This document shows positions 47,566 to 58,497 of a DNA stretch of 64,000 nucleotides, piece by piece. The position numbers and the translations under genes were made by a program. This DNA is from Candidatus Binatia bacterium (lineage in GTDB: Bacteria > Desulfobacterota > Binatia > Bin18): assembly GCA_963666315.2 (NCBI GenBank), contig CAXXHG010000043.1, positions 480,001 through 544,000 of the forward strand. Reading direction: 5' to 3'. How positions within the stretch are numbered: the first letter of the stretch is position 1; each line of letters opens with the position of its first letter. The notes below the pieces were generated by a model. That model was not told where the DNA came from. It saw nothing but the letters and a program-made list of their open reading frames with translations, and did not search any database.

Positions 47566-48789
47566 TTACCGATTCTCCTCGACTAACACTCCCGCCTCGC
47601 GCAGTTGTTCGACCTCTTCAACTGAACGACCCAAATACGAAGTCAGGACTTCTTCGTTGTGCTGACCCAGGGTTGGGGCGTGGAGCGGGAGTTCTTCTGG
47701 AAACTCGGAGAACTTGAGCGGAAAACCGGGCACGTCGAGATCGCCATGGATGGGGTCATTGATCGTCCGAACAGTTCCGCGTTGGCGCAAGTGTGGGTGG
47801 TCGAGGGTTTCAGCCACAGAGAGGACCGGAGCGACCGGAACACTAAACTTCTCCAAATGTGAGACAGCGCTGGACACATCGGGGAACGTCTGCAGCCAGT
47901 CTTCGATCAGGCTGACCACTTCGTCCCGCCGTTTGAGTCGGGCTTGGTCGGTACTATAGCGAGAGTCGTCAGTCAGCTCAGGACGTTCCATGGCTTTACA
48001 TAAATCCGGCCAATGATGGAAAACGGCCATGATGACCAGATGGCCGCCGTTCCCACGAAACACACCAGCCGGACAGGCATAGGTCATATGCCGGCCAACG
48101 CGGGTAGGCTTGATGGCTCCTTCGGTCGCCCGCGGGGTATGCACGTTGACCTCATGATAGTGGTGGTACACATCGAGTAGGGCGACATCCAGGTGTTGCC
48201 CTCGGCCCGTTTTGTCACGATGGCGCAGAGCGGCTAGGACGGCCAAAGCGCCATGCACGCCGGTGCTGACATCGCCCATACCGACGAGCGGAATATACGG
48301 CGCGTCGTCCTCTTCGCCGATCATTGAAGTTACGCCCGCATACGCCTGAGCGATATAGTCATAACCCGGCTTGTGGGCCAAAGGGCCCGTCTGGCCTAAC
48401 GCCGAAATGGAACACAGGATGATGTCGGGTTTTAGTTCTTTGAGCAGGGCGTAGCTGAGACCCATGTTCGCCATGACGCCGGGCTTAAAATTTTCAACAA
48501 CCACATCGACATGCTGAATAAGCTCGGTGACCAGGGCCATGCCGCGTGGATCGCGCAGATTGACACACAGGCTTTTCTTGCCTCGATTGTGCTGGACGTA
48601 AAACAGGCTGCGCTCGTTGCGAAAGACGGAGGCGTTGCGGCTCAAGTCGCCCTTGGGAGCAGACTCGACTTTGATGACATCGGCACCCATCTCGGCCAGC
48701 ATACGACTACAGGTTGGCCCGGCCAGCGCGCGCGTAAAGTCGAGCACGCGCAGCCCGCTGAGAACGTGTTGGCTGCCTTGGGTCACCAT
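47566..48789 (-). CDS. CaiB/BaiF family III CoA-transferase
   Basis: LRVLDFTRALAGP, GADVIKVE, NRGKKS, VENFKPG, GYDYIAQA, APTLGQHN. Confidence 0.93.
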   Translation of the reverse strand: MVTQGSQHVLSGLRVLDFTRALAGPTCSRMLAEMGADVIKVESAPKGDLSRNASVFRNERSLFYVQHNRGKKSLCVNLRDPRGMALVTELIQHVDVVVENFKPGVMANMGLSYALLKELKPDIILCSISALGQTGPLAHKPGYDYIAQAYAGVTSMIGEEDDAPYIPLVGMGDVSTGVHGALAVLAALRHRDKTGRGQHLDVALLDVYHHYHEVNVHTPRATEGAIKPTRVGRHMTYACPAGVFRGNGGHLVIMAVFHHWPDLCKAMERPELTDDSRYSTDQARLKRRDEVVSLIEDWLQTFPDVSSAVSHLEKFSVPVAPVLSVAETLDHPHLRQRGTVRTINDPIHGDLDVPGFPLKFSEFPEELPLHAPTLGQHNEEVLTSYLGRSVEEVEQLREAGVLVEENR

Positions 48790-48802
48790 AGTTGCCTCCT
48801 GT

Positions 48803-50026
48803 CTACGAATTTTTTTCCACCAACACCCCCGCTTCACGCAGTTTCTGTAGCTCTTCTGGTGAGCGCTTCAGATACGAGGTTACGATTTCCTCATTGTGCT
48901 GACCCAGGGTCGGGGCTTGGAGGGGCAAATCTTCCGGAAAGCGTGAGAACCGAAGCGGCATACCGGGAATGTCGAATTCACCGGCAAGCGGATCTTTGAT
49001 TGTTCGGACGGTGCCACGTGCGCGCAGATGCGGATGCGCGACGGTCTCGGCGACAGATAAGACCGGCGCAACCGGCACCCCGAACTTTTCCATCTGGGCA
49101 ACCGCACTCTCGGTATCGGGAAAGGTTTCCAGGAGCCAGTCTTCAATGATTTTGACCACCTCGTCACGATTTTCCAGCCGTAGCGTGTCGTTGCTATAGC
49201 GTTCGTGTTCTATCAGTTCCGGCTTATCCATGGCGGCGCACAGATCCTTCCAGTGCTGCATGAAGGCCATGATGACGACCGAGCCGTCTTTCGTACGAAA
49301 AACGCCGGCCGGACACACATAGCCCAAATGCCGGCCTGCCCGGACCGGATTGATTTTGCCGTTGGAGCCGCTGTATTGGTGCACGTTGACCTCGTGGTAG
49401 TGGTAGTACACATCCAGCAAGCCGATATCGAGATGCTGTCCCTCGCCCGTTCGGTCGCGATAGCGCAGGGCAGACACCACGGCCAGTGCCGCATGCACGC
49501 CCGTACTGACATCGCCCATGCCGACACCGGGTATATAAGGAGTTGTATCCGGATCACCAATCATGGATGTGACCCCAGAGTAGGCTTGGGCGATGTAGTC
49601 ATAACCGGGTTTACTGGAGAGTGGCCCTTTCTGGCCCAAAGCTGAGATTGAGCACAGAATAATATCCGGCTTGATTTTTTTGAGATCTTCGTACCCCAGG
49701 CCCATTTGGGCTATCACGCCGGGCTTAAAGTTTTCGACTACCACGTCCATTTGCGCAATCAGCTCCTTGAGAATTTCCATCGCCCGGGGGTCACGGATAT
49801 TAACGCACAAACTCTTCTTGCCGAGATTTTGTTGGATCAAATACAAGCTGCGCCCGTTCTGATAGATGGAGATGCCCCGCACCATATCTCCGTTTGGAGC
49901 AGATTCGACCTTGATGACATCAGCCCCCATTTCCGCCATCATGCGCGTACAACTCGGTCCGGCTAAGGCACGCGTAAAATCCAAAACTCGTAAATCGCTC
50001 AGTACATGATCCATTCCGTGTGGCAT
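48803..50026 (-). CDS. CaiB/BaiF family III CoA-transferase (tandem paralog)
   Basis: Same motif set as the neighbouring gene. Confidence 0.93.
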   Translation of the reverse strand: MPHGMDHVLSDLRVLDFTRALAGPSCTRMMAEMGADVIKVESAPNGDMVRGISIYQNGRSLYLIQQNLGKKSLCVNIRDPRAMEILKELIAQMDVVVENFKPGVIAQMGLGYEDLKKIKPDIILCSISALGQKGPLSSKPGYDYIAQAYSGVTSMIGDPDTTPYIPGVGMGDVSTGVHAALAVVSALRYRDRTGEGQHLDIGLLDVYYHYHEVNVHQYSGSNGKINPVRAGRHLGYVCPAGVFRTKDGSVVIMAFMQHWKDLCAAMDKPELIEHERYSNDTLRLENRDEVVKIIEDWLLETFPDTESAVAQMEKFGVPVAPVLSVAETVAHPHLRARGTVRTIKDPLAGEFDIPGMPLRFSRFPEDLPLQAPTLGQHNEEIVTSYLKRSPEELQKLREAGVLVEKNS

Positions 50027-50069
50027 ATCTTCCCTCCGCTTAGATATTGATTTTTTCCAGACGAATACC

Positions 50070-50849
50070 TCAGTCCCACATCAGGCCACCATCCACATTA
50101 AACGACTGGCCGGTGATATTGCGCGCCTCATCCGAAGCAAGGAAGACGGCCATGTTCGCGATGTCATCCGGGCTATTGGAGCGTTTGAGGGGAATCGAGG
50201 CATCCAGACGGGCACCCGCCTGCTCTTCGGTAATGCCCTCCCGCTCAGTCAGCTGCTGCATGACGTTGTGGTACAGATCCGTACGGGTCGCACCAGGGCA
50301 GATGGCATTCACATTAATATTATGTTTGGCAAGCTGTGAGGCGCCGATGCGCGTCATGGCGATGACGGCGCCCTTTGAGCCGGCATAGGAGATGTTTGAG
50401 GTGCCGCGAAATCCTTTTCCCGCGATCGACGCAATATTGATGATCTTGCCCTCTTTGCGTTTTACCATTTCCCGTGCAACGGCTTGCATGCAGAAAAAGA
50501 CACCTTTGGCGTTGATGGCATGAATCCAGTCCCAATCGTCTTCTGTCACATCAAAAAACCCTATGCTTTTTGTGACGCCGGCATTATTGACCAGAATGTC
50601 AATCTGGCCGAAGATTTCCACCGCTTTGGCGACCATGGCATTGATGTCTTCCACCCGCCCCATATCTGTTTTTATAAAAAGGCCCCGGCGGTCATAGGCG
50701 CTTACCTCAGCTGCGGTTTGCTGGCCGGTAGCCTCATTAATCTCAGCCCCCACAACGTGCGCGCCTTCTTTGGCACACCGCAGGGCAATGGCTTTGCCCA
50801 TGCCCGTCCCGATGCCGGTGACAACGGCAATCTTATCTTTGAGCAGCAT
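50070..50849 (-). CDS. Short-chain dehydrogenase/reductase
   Basis: TGIGTGMG, NNAG, YAGSK, ITGQSFNVDGG. Confidence 0.93.
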   Translation of the reverse strand: MLLKDKIAVVTGIGTGMGKAIALRCAKEGAHVVGAEINEATGQQTAAEVSAYDRRGLFIKTDMGRVEDINAMVAKAVEIFGQIDILVNNAGVTKSIGFFDVTEDDWDWIHAINAKGVFFCMQAVAREMVKRKEGKIINIASIAGKGFRGTSNISYAGSKGAVIAMTRIGASQLAKHNINVNAICPGATRTDLYHNVMQQLTEREGITEEQAGARLDASIPLKRSNSPDDIANMAVFLASDEARNITGQSFNVDGGLMWD

Positions 50850-50869
50850 GATGTTCCTCCTTATTGAAT

Positions 50870-51908
50870 TTATTGAAATTCCGGCATGACTTCCTTGGCA
50901 AAAAGTTCTAACCCCTGACGTGCGCGTTGGGGATCTCGGCCACCGGCATGAAAGTAGAAGGCAACTTGATCCAGGTCGAACTCGTCATTCAATTCATACA
51001 AGCGCCGACGACATTCGGCCGGGGTGCCTGCTACTGCTCGCTCTTCTACATCGTCGGGCATGGAGAGAATAAATTCGAGATAGGAGCGCATAGGGTCGTG
51101 TGCCGGGATTTGGCTGAGTGCCTCACGCGGTACAAAGGAGGTGATCAATTCCGTATAGGCGCGTGTGCTTGCGACTGCATCACGCATGGCTTCCTGATGG
51201 TCGTTGTTCACAAACATAAAAAAGATACACGTTGTCCGTGTTGATGCATGTCCATGCTCTTTAAGCGTAGCGCGATAATGATCAAGACGGGAGCGGACTT
51301 CGGGATGTGGTCCGCTTAGCCACGGGACAATAAACGCATTGTCTCCGACCTTGCCGGCTCCCTCAAACGATTCACGACTGAGTGTGCCACGATAAATGGG
51401 GGGGGTGCGGTTTCTGGACTGGCTTGGGGCCGACTGACAAGGGCGGCACCTGCCAGTAGGCGCCTTTATATTCGAATGGATCTTCAGTCCAGGCCCGCCG
51501 GATAATTTCGAGCGACTCTTCGTAGCGGGCGCGGTTCTCACTCTGATCAACACAAAATCCTTCAAAATGCTTTGGGATAATGCCGCGTCCTGCCCCAAAG
51601 TTGAGCCGGCCGTTGCTCAGAATATCGAGCATGGCAAAGTCTTCAGCCTTGCGAAGCGGATTTTCAAATGGCAGTAGGCTGATCGCTGTGCCAAGCCGGA
51701 TGCGAGAGGTCTCGCGGGCCACGGCGGTCAGGAATATTTGCGGGCTGGGGCAAATGCCAAACGAGTAGAAGTGCTCTTCGCCCAGCCAGATCGAATCAAA
51801 GCCGAGCTCCTCGGCTTTGACGCATATGTCCAGCGTATCTTGAAAATATTGCACTTCGTCTTGCTTATCGCGGAAGAAATCAAAAAGAGAAAACAGGCCA
51901 AACTCCAT
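50870..51908 (-). pseudogene. LLM oxidoreductase with +1 frameshift in a C8 tract
   Basis: Paralog of 51967-53004; KPHPP-IYRG is broken at G8 (51398-51405), and seven G would restore the frame. Confidence 0.88.
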
Positions 51909-51929
51909 GAGAAACTCCTTATGCAGGAT

Positions 51930-51952
51930 GGGCGAGGGAGCCTCGCCCCTAC
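51930..51952. repeat. REP-like palindrome (family C)
   Basis: gggcgagg-gag-cctcgcccctac. Confidence 0.65.
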
Positions 51953-51966
51953 AGTCTAAAAAAAAA

Positions 51967-53004
51967 TTAGCGAAATTCTGGCATGACTTCCTTGGCAAAC
52001 AGCTCTAACCCAGACCGGGCTCGTTTAGGATCGCGCCCTCCGGCGTGAAAATAAAAAGCGACTTGATCCAGGTCAAACTCGTCATTCAGTTCTGTCAGGC
52101 GCCGGCGGCACTCTGCCGGGGTGCCAACCACTGCACGTTCCTCTACCTGACCGGGCATGGCTGCGGCAAAATCTAAAAATATTTTGAGTGGGTCGTCTGA
52201 GCCCATCCTGCTCAGTAATTCAGGCGCAATAAACGAGGTAAATAACTGAGTGTAGGCACGCGTTATGTCCTGGCCTTCACGCAGCGCGACCTGGTGGTCC
52301 GGGTCAATAAAGAGAAAGAAGATGCACGTTGTCCGCTTCGGGCCATGCCCGTTTTCTTCGAGCAGCGCGCGGTAGCGCTGGACTCGCTTCCTGACCGTTG
52401 GATGTGGTCCGGTGAGCCAGGGCACGATGAACGCATTATCACCCACGACCCCCGCGCCCTCAAACGATTCTTTGCTAATGGTTCCGCGATAAATAGGCGG
52501 ATGCGGCTTTTGCACTGGCTTGGGTCCAAGCGATAGCGACGGCACCTGCCAAAACTCTCCCTGATACTCAAAGGGATCCTCAGTCCAGGCGCGGCGGATG
52601 ATTTCTAACGACTCTTCATACCGACCCCGACTCTCGGCTGGATCGACACAAAACCCCTCGAAGTGTTGAGGGATAATCCCTCGGCCTACTCCGAAGTTTA
52701 GTCTGCCATTGCTGAGGATGTCGAGCATGGCAAAATCCTCAGCCTTACGCAGCGGATTCTCAAAGGGGAGCAGGCTGATCGCTGTACCGAGCCGGATACG
52801 CGAGGTCTCACGGGCGACGGCAGTCAGAAATATCTGCGGGCTGGGGCAGATGCCAAACGAATAAAAATGCTCTTCGCCAAACCAGACCGAGTCAAAACCT
52901 AATTCTTCGGCCAGAATACTTAGATCAAGAGTGTCTTGAAAATACTGTACTTCATCCTGTTTGCCGCGGAAGAAGTCAAATAATGAAAATAAGCCGAATT
53001 CCAT
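51967..53004 (-). CDS. LLM class flavin-dependent oxidoreductase
   Basis: WFGEEHF, LGTAISLLPFENPLR, GVGRG, PKPVQKPHPP. Confidence 0.92.
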   Translation of the reverse strand: MEFGLFSLFDFFRGKQDEVQYFQDTLDLSILAEELGFDSVWFGEEHFYSFGICPSPQIFLTAVARETSRIRLGTAISLLPFENPLRKAEDFAMLDILSNGRLNFGVGRGIIPQHFEGFCVDPAESRGRYEESLEIIRRAWTEDPFEYQGEFWQVPSLSLGPKPVQKPHPPIYRGTISKESFEGAGVVGDNAFIVPWLTGPHPTVRKRVQRYRALLEENGHGPKRTTCIFFLFIDPDHQVALREGQDITRAYTQLFTSFIAPELLSRMGSDDPLKIFLDFAAAMPGQVEERAVVGTPAECRRRLTELNDEFDLDQVAFYFHAGGRDPKRARSGLELFAKEVMPEFR

Positions 53005-53038
53005 GACGAAGCCTCCTTCTTGCGGGTCATTACTTTAC

Positions 53039-55129
53039 CTACTCCTCTGCGAGAGAGGGTACGATGCGTTGCGCTTTGCGGGTAGCATCAGCAATATATG
53101 CGGCGGCATCGTCTGCCAAGAGCAAGCGCTGGACCTGGAGTGACTGTACGGCTGCGGTGACTTTCTCAAGATAGGCTTCAGCGCTTGGATAGCGTTCAGC
53201 CAGGGAGGGACGAGGATCGGCCACGACTTCCCGCTCTCGTCGTGTCTGAGCAAACGGGATGAACTGACCCAGATTGCCGCACATGGCTCCTGGGACATCG
53301 GCGCGGACTGCCCAGCCCGTGTGTGTGCCGAGTGGTGCAGCGATGTCTGGGAGGCTGATACCACCAAGATCGTTTCCGTCTGTGTCAGTCTTAGGAACTA
53401 GATTGTGATAGTGCCGCGTCGAGTCACCAACTTGGAGGGAAGGGGGAGTTGCTGACCCGATATGAGTGACTCCATGAATCTTCGGAAATCCGAGCATACT
53501 CTCTTCAACCGGAACAAGCGTGCCGCCTTGACGGGTTGGAATAGCACTGGCTGGTGGCAGCGTTCCGTGCCGAACCCAACCCTGTAAGGCAACTAACAGG
53601 GCGCGCATAACCGAGCCTCGAAAGGCGGGATTCTGTTCATGCTGGCAAGGAGAAGATGGAAGGTGCACACGGAGCGAGGTGAGAAAGGGCTCTGAGAAAA
53701 TAGGAAAATGCTGCGCACTGGCAAAAAAGTAGAGGCGGACGTTGGCAGGAATCCACACGTCATTCCCCCGTGTATCCGTATGCAGTAACGAGGCACTCTT
53801 GCGCCAGTACTCACTGGCCGTGTTGGTGACCATGATGAGTGGATCAAAACCATCGCCTGGTTTTCCACTCCCATTGCGAAGGATACCGTCTTGCTTGCCT
53901 GTTAACAGATCGTACTGAGGCGCGTACAAAAAAGGAAACCAGTTCTCCGGAAATCCGGAATCCTGATGGCTACCGCGTGTTCGGCCCGGCTGGCCAAAAG
54001 CAAAATTGGTAAAGGTTTTTCCAGCTCCACCAATGTCTGCAATCAGGCCGTCGAAAATAATGCGTTTAGCTTCGTCCTGGTTAAAGCCGCCCCAGACGTG
54101 TTCTTGCAAATAGCGGCTGGACTGAGAAATGCCGAACGCCAGGACCTTGTCGATGCCTGTCTCTTTTTCGCTCAACCGGAGGGGATTTGGATTGCCGGTG
54201 TCGTCCTGTGTCTGGTAGCGCAGAAAAGAAATAACGTCGCGGGTAATCGCAAAACCTAGTCCGAGGACAATGGGATTCTTACCCTGATATTTGATTTCGT
54301 ACAGTCGTCCGGACTGAAATCCACCTCTAAGACGAATAGTTTGATCGTCTTCAAAATTCCAGCAGGATTTCTTGGTCTCAGTTTGTTCGCAAAACGGAAT
54401 CGCAACACCTGTTTCTTCAGTCCGATTGCGGACGGTCATGCGCACGTTAGCTGGATCGCGTGATGAAACCGCGTAACTGAGTGTTGCGGTTTTATGCTCA
54501 GGCGCATTGGTCTGTTCCCGCCCAACGAACAGGTCACGAACTGTTCCTACAAGCGCCTGGCCATTATCCAAAGGAGTAGGGAGATCCGCACTCATGAACC
54601 CGGGCTCATTCCGCACGCAACACTGCGCGCCGGTTTTGCCTTTGGCCTGCCAACCGGTCCAGACAATGGTGTAGCCCTGACGCATGAGAAAGCCGTTGCC
54701 TGCATCTGCGGCCGTTGTCGGGTCGTTGGTACGTTTGCCAAAAGGAACGTCGTGCGGCAGGATAAAGTCGATTTTACTGCCTCGATTGAGGATAGCGGAG
54801 AATAAGGTTCGGTTGCCTTTGGTGGAATCAATGGGCTTGAGAATGTAGAAATCCGTGCTGTATTCGACCAGGCCAATCGCGTTCTGAGGGGCCTTGTCCA
54901 AGTTCACGATATTCGCATGTTCAGCCGTCTTCGGATCAACCGCCCCAAACATCCGGCCCACGATTTTTCCGTAACGGCCTACATCGCCAAATGCCTGTCC
55001 CTCAAACGTTGGCGACTCAATACGATCAACAACAACTGCTGTGATACGGGCCCAGGCTGGACTCGCCACGATGAGGAACAGTAGACACAAAAGGACTTCA
55101 ACTCTGATAAAGCGGAGAGCAAAATGCAT
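53039..55129 (-). CDS. Secreted alpha/beta-hydrolase domain protein (Abhydrolase_10-like)
   Basis: Signal peptide (AWA), FGDVGRY, GISQSSRYL nucleophile elbow, SEYW, DGNDLGGI-LPD. Confidence 0.8.
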   Translation of the reverse strand: MHFALRFIRVEVLLCLLFLIVASPAWARITAVVVDRIESPTFEGQAFGDVGRYGKIVGRMFGAVDPKTAEHANIVNLDKAPQNAIGLVEYSTDFYILKPIDSTKGNRTLFSAILNRGSKIDFILPHDVPFGKRTNDPTTAADAGNGFLMRQGYTIVWTGWQAKGKTGAQCCVRNEPGFMSADLPTPLDNGQALVGTVRDLFVGREQTNAPEHKTATLSYAVSSRDPANVRMTVRNRTEETGVAIPFCEQTETKKSCWNFEDDQTIRLRGGFQSGRLYEIKYQGKNPIVLGLGFAITRDVISFLRYQTQDDTGNPNPLRLSEKETGIDKVLAFGISQSSRYLQEHVWGGFNQDEAKRIIFDGLIADIGGAGKTFTNFAFGQPGRTRGSHQDSGFPENWFPFLYAPQYDLLTGKQDGILRNGSGKPGDGFDPLIMVTNTASEYWRKSASLLHTDTRGNDVWIPANVRLYFFASAQHFPIFSEPFLTSLRVHLPSSPCQHEQNPAFRGSVMRALLVALQGWVRHGTLPPASAIPTRQGGTLVPVEESMLGFPKIHGVTHIGSATPPSLQVGDSTRHYHNLVPKTDTDGNDLGGISLPDIAAPLGTHTGWAVRADVPGAMCGNLGQFIPFAQTRREREVVADPRPSLAERYPSAEAYLEKVTAAVQSLQVQRLLLADDAAAYIADATRKAQRIVPSLAEE

Positions 55130-55236
55130 GATCCGCCTCTCCTATCATTGTTACGTGAATGTAGGAAACGCCGCGTTCTTCTATGCCGCCTGCGCCTTGT
55201 GCGCAGCGCCGTTCTTTATCGGCAACGTAGAACAGA

Positions 55237-55344
55237 CCCATTCGTGCTGAGCTCCGTCGAAGCCTGTCCTGAGCAGAGTCGAAGAGGGGGAACCCGCGGC
55301 CATGCACAATTTCAACGTAGACGCGGCCTACCGGACACGTCTAC
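55237..55344. repeat. REP-like repeats (family A, then a family C-like hairpin)
   Basis: cccattcgtgctgagctccgtcgaagcctgtcctgagcagagtcgaag; gtagacgcg..cacgtctac. Confidence 0.6.
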
Positions 55345-55484
55345 CTTAAAGTTGTGCGTTGATTATGCTATCGCTCTCCGCCCGGACATGAATAACACTG
55401 TTGCACAACGTATTCCCCCATGTCCGCCCGAGGCTCAAGTAACCCGCCCTCCGGGATGTGCCCTGGCCCAACCGCCGTGCTCTT

Positions 55485-56755
55485 CTATGCCGGCTGCGCT
55501 TTGTGTTCACCCCGGTAGAAGATGGCATACAAGACCGGTAGGATAACCAGGGTCAACAAGGTGGCAAAGCTCAGACCGAAGATGATGGTCACCGCCATAC
55601 TCTCCAAAAATGCGTTGGAGAGGAGTGGAGTCATGCCCAGGAGCGTCGTCAGCGCTGCCAGTGTGACTGGGCGAACCCGGCTTACAGACGCATCAAAGAT
55701 GGCGTCATACTGCGCTTTCCCTCCGGCCTCGGTTTCCAATTTGGTTTGCTCAACGAGGATAATGCCGTTTTTGACCACCATGCCGATCAGACTCAAGATG
55801 CCCAGCAGGGCGAAGAAGCCGAATGGCACCCCCATGATGAGCAGCCCGCAACCTACCCAAATCAAGGCAAACGGGACCGTCAGCCATATCACAATTGGTT
55901 GCCGCACTGAGTTAAACAGCACTACGGTCACCAGAAACATGGCTAACAGCGCAAGGAACTGCGGCCGGATCACTTTTACTCGGTTACGCCAACTGATTCT
56001 GACGGCATCGCTGATCTCGACTCCATTGATAATGCGGTAGGACTTGACTGGGCAAGCGCCTGAGGACCAGTGGGTCTTCCCCGTAGAAGCGCGCCTCAAC
56101 GTCCGCTTCGGGATGTTTTGTCCGCACCAGCTACGTTACCTCGAGCAACAGCCGTTCGACATCTTCGAGTGACTGCGCACTCACAATGAACTGGACATAG
56201 CTGGCATACGCGTCTTCCGGATTATACGACAGGAAAAAACGTGGGGCGCCGCCGCCAATCACTGTTGTGAGCTGCACAACGCCGTCTAACGCCAACAGCT
56301 CTTCGTCAATCACCTTGGTCATCTCTTCTGTCGCACGGATATCCGTCCCTTCCGGTAGCCAGCAATCGATCAGAAACATGGGTGTCGTCGAAGCAGGAAT
56401 GAAGTTCTGTTTGGTGTGACTGAAGGCCAAGCCCCCGCCCGCGAGACACACCAAGGCCAGCCCTATGGTGGTTACCCGATGGTGCAGGCACCACCCCAGG
56501 AGCGTCTTGTAGACGCGAAAGAGCATGCCCTGATACAGGCCGTCGGCTTCGGCCGATGTCTCTTGTTTTTCGACACCTGCAAAAAACATGTCAAAAAAGA
56601 ACGGCGTCAATGTGACCGCAGTAATCCAACTCACGGATAAGGAAATCAACAGGACATAAAACAAGGTCTGGGCAAATTCTCCGATCATGGTCGGCGATAA
56701 GCCGATCGGGGCAAACGCGATAATGGTAATGACCGTCGCTCCCAGCAGCGGCCGG
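55485..56755 (-). pseudogene. AcrB/AcrD/AcrF RND permease remnant (N-terminus missing, internal deletion)
   Basis: PLLGATVITIIAFAPI..GEF, GGAPRF, LIGMVVKNGIIL, SRVRPV..TTLLGMTPL in about 1.3 kb rather than about 3 kb. Confidence 0.85.
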
Positions 56756-56984
56756 GGTCGTCTCTCGGATGAAATGGTGGAGGAAACACGCCGCGCTCTC
56801 CAGACGGAACGAGGGTCGGGTTCATGACGGAAGCCATTTTTGTTGCTGATACGAGTTGCATGATCGCGGCTTGCTGCTCCTCCTAATTAAATTTTCTCAG
56901 TACCAGCGTTCTGGAGTTGACTTAAGGCTCACCCCGCAGGATAGTCGAAAGTAAAAATAAAATTTTCCAGAGGGGGTCTGACGT

Positions 56985-57629
56985 ATGAAGATGTATAATT
57001 TAGGTCTGAGCAACTTTGCCGGTAAGTGCCGGATTGTCATGTATGAGAAGGGACTCAACGTGGAATTCGTTGACGCGCCCGGCGGTCCGAACTCCGAGGA
57101 CTACAAAAAAATCAATCCGACCGGGAAAATACCCGCCTTGGAGACTGACGATGGGCAACTCATTGCTGAGTCGGAAGTGATCAACGAATATCTGGAGGAT
57201 AAATATCCAGGGACATCGCTCCTGCCGAAAGATGCCGAGGGCAGAGCCACAGTGCGCGCGATTACCCGCTACCACGATCTCTACATCGACCCGCCGGCGC
57301 GTGCGTGTTTTGCCAAGCTGTTTGGTCAAGAGCTGAGCGACGAGTTCATCGCGGATAAGATGGCTGAGTTAAATAATAATCTGGACCAGCTTGAAGCCTC
57401 TATTTCTGATGGGCCGTGGCTGACTGGCGATAAGTTTACCCTCGCCGATGCGGCCATTGCGCCGACGCTGTTCTTACATGACAATCTACTGCCGAACTTT
57501 GGCTCTAAGAAGCCTTTTGAAGGCAGGCCCAAACTCGCTGCATGGTGGCAACGTATTCAAGAACGAGATTCAACCAAGAAAGTGCTTGGCGAACAGGGTG
57601 CTGCGCTGGCAGCCATGATGAAGAAGTAA
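56985..57629 (+). CDS. Glutathione S-transferase family protein
   Basis: SNF, EKG, INPTGKIPAL, ESEVINEYLE, FTLADAA. Confidence 0.93.
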   Translation: MKMYNLGLSNFAGKCRIVMYEKGLNVEFVDAPGGPNSEDYKKINPTGKIPALETDDGQLIAESEVINEYLEDKYPGTSLLPKDAEGRATVRAITRYHDLYIDPPARACFAKLFGQELSDEFIADKMAELNNNLDQLEASISDGPWLTGDKFTLADAAIAPTLFLHDNLLPNFGSKKPFEGRPKLAAWWQRIQERDSTKKVLGEQGAALAAMMKK

Positions 57630-57661
57630 GAAGAAGTAAGTCTAAGAGAGGACTGAAAAGT

Positions 57662-57691
57662 AAAAGGGCGGCTTGTGGGCCGCCCTTTTTT
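57662..57691. terminator. Bidirectional intrinsic terminator
   Basis: aaaagggcggc-ttgtg-ggccgccctttttt between convergent genes. Confidence 0.85.
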
Positions 57692-57697
57692 GTTGGG

Positions 57698-58342
57698 CTA
57701 TAGAACAATTATCTTTGGCTTGGCAGTTGCGGCTGGAAACAGCCGCTCGTAGAGTTTTTTCCACCGGTCGACTTCTTCGCTCAGCGCTTGTGTCACCTCA
57801 TCCCGCGTCTGCTGGAGGGTATCGAATAAATTCCCCACACTCTCTTCCAGCTGTCGCTTTTCTTCGGATCTCTGGGTCTGATCTAGAGCCCGATTAAACG
57901 TCTCAACCTGCTGGGTGAAGGTCTGCACCGCGCTTTCCACGGCCGCAAGCTGACGCCGGAGTTCGACCTCTATTTCAGACTCTGCCCCGGCAATCATACT
58001 ACCTGAGGGAAGCGGCGGGCTGTGTTTATCAAAAACAACTAAGCGCAGGACGGGACGGCCCGCTCCTGTTGGTGTGATGACAAAAAGCGTTGCCCGTTCC
58101 CGCAGCCGGTCAGGAGCGTCCGGGTCCAGAGTAATGACAATATGGACTGATGTGGAATGCGCATCAACGCGCAAGACATGACCGATAGGCCGGCCGGCCT
58201 CTTCTACCAGATCTCCCGCCTGGAGACCTTTGCTATTGCTGAGCTGCACCGTCCACGTTGGCGCTGCCGACGGAGTTGCCGAGACGCTGAGAAGAAAATA
58301 AAGTGGAAGCCCTAAACTCAGGGCCACAGTGAGTTTGCGCAT
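57698..58342 (-). CDS. MlaD/MCE-like protein with coiled-coil tail
   Basis: Signal/TM, GLQAGDLV..GRPIGHV..V MCE pattern, helical C-terminus. Confidence 0.65.
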   Translation of the reverse strand: MRKLTVALSLGLPLYFLLSVSATPSAAPTWTVQLSNSKGLQAGDLVEEAGRPIGHVLRVDAHSTSVHIVITLDPDAPDRLRERATLFVITPTGAGRPVLRLVVFDKHSPPLPSGSMIAGAESEIEVELRRQLAAVESAVQTFTQQVETFNRALDQTQRSEEKRQLEESVGNLFDTLQQTRDEVTQALSEEVDRWKKLYERLFPAATAKPKIIVL

Positions 58343-58497
58343 ATCTGTCCTCCGTCATGAGCGTGCATGTGAGTGGACAATGGCAGACGTGATCGTCTCT
58401 TGACTTGTCTTGAAAAGAAACACATCTCTTCTCAGAGAGTTGCACAACTCCGTGGTCAGAAAAAGCCTAGTTTCGACAAGTCGCTTCAAAAACACGC

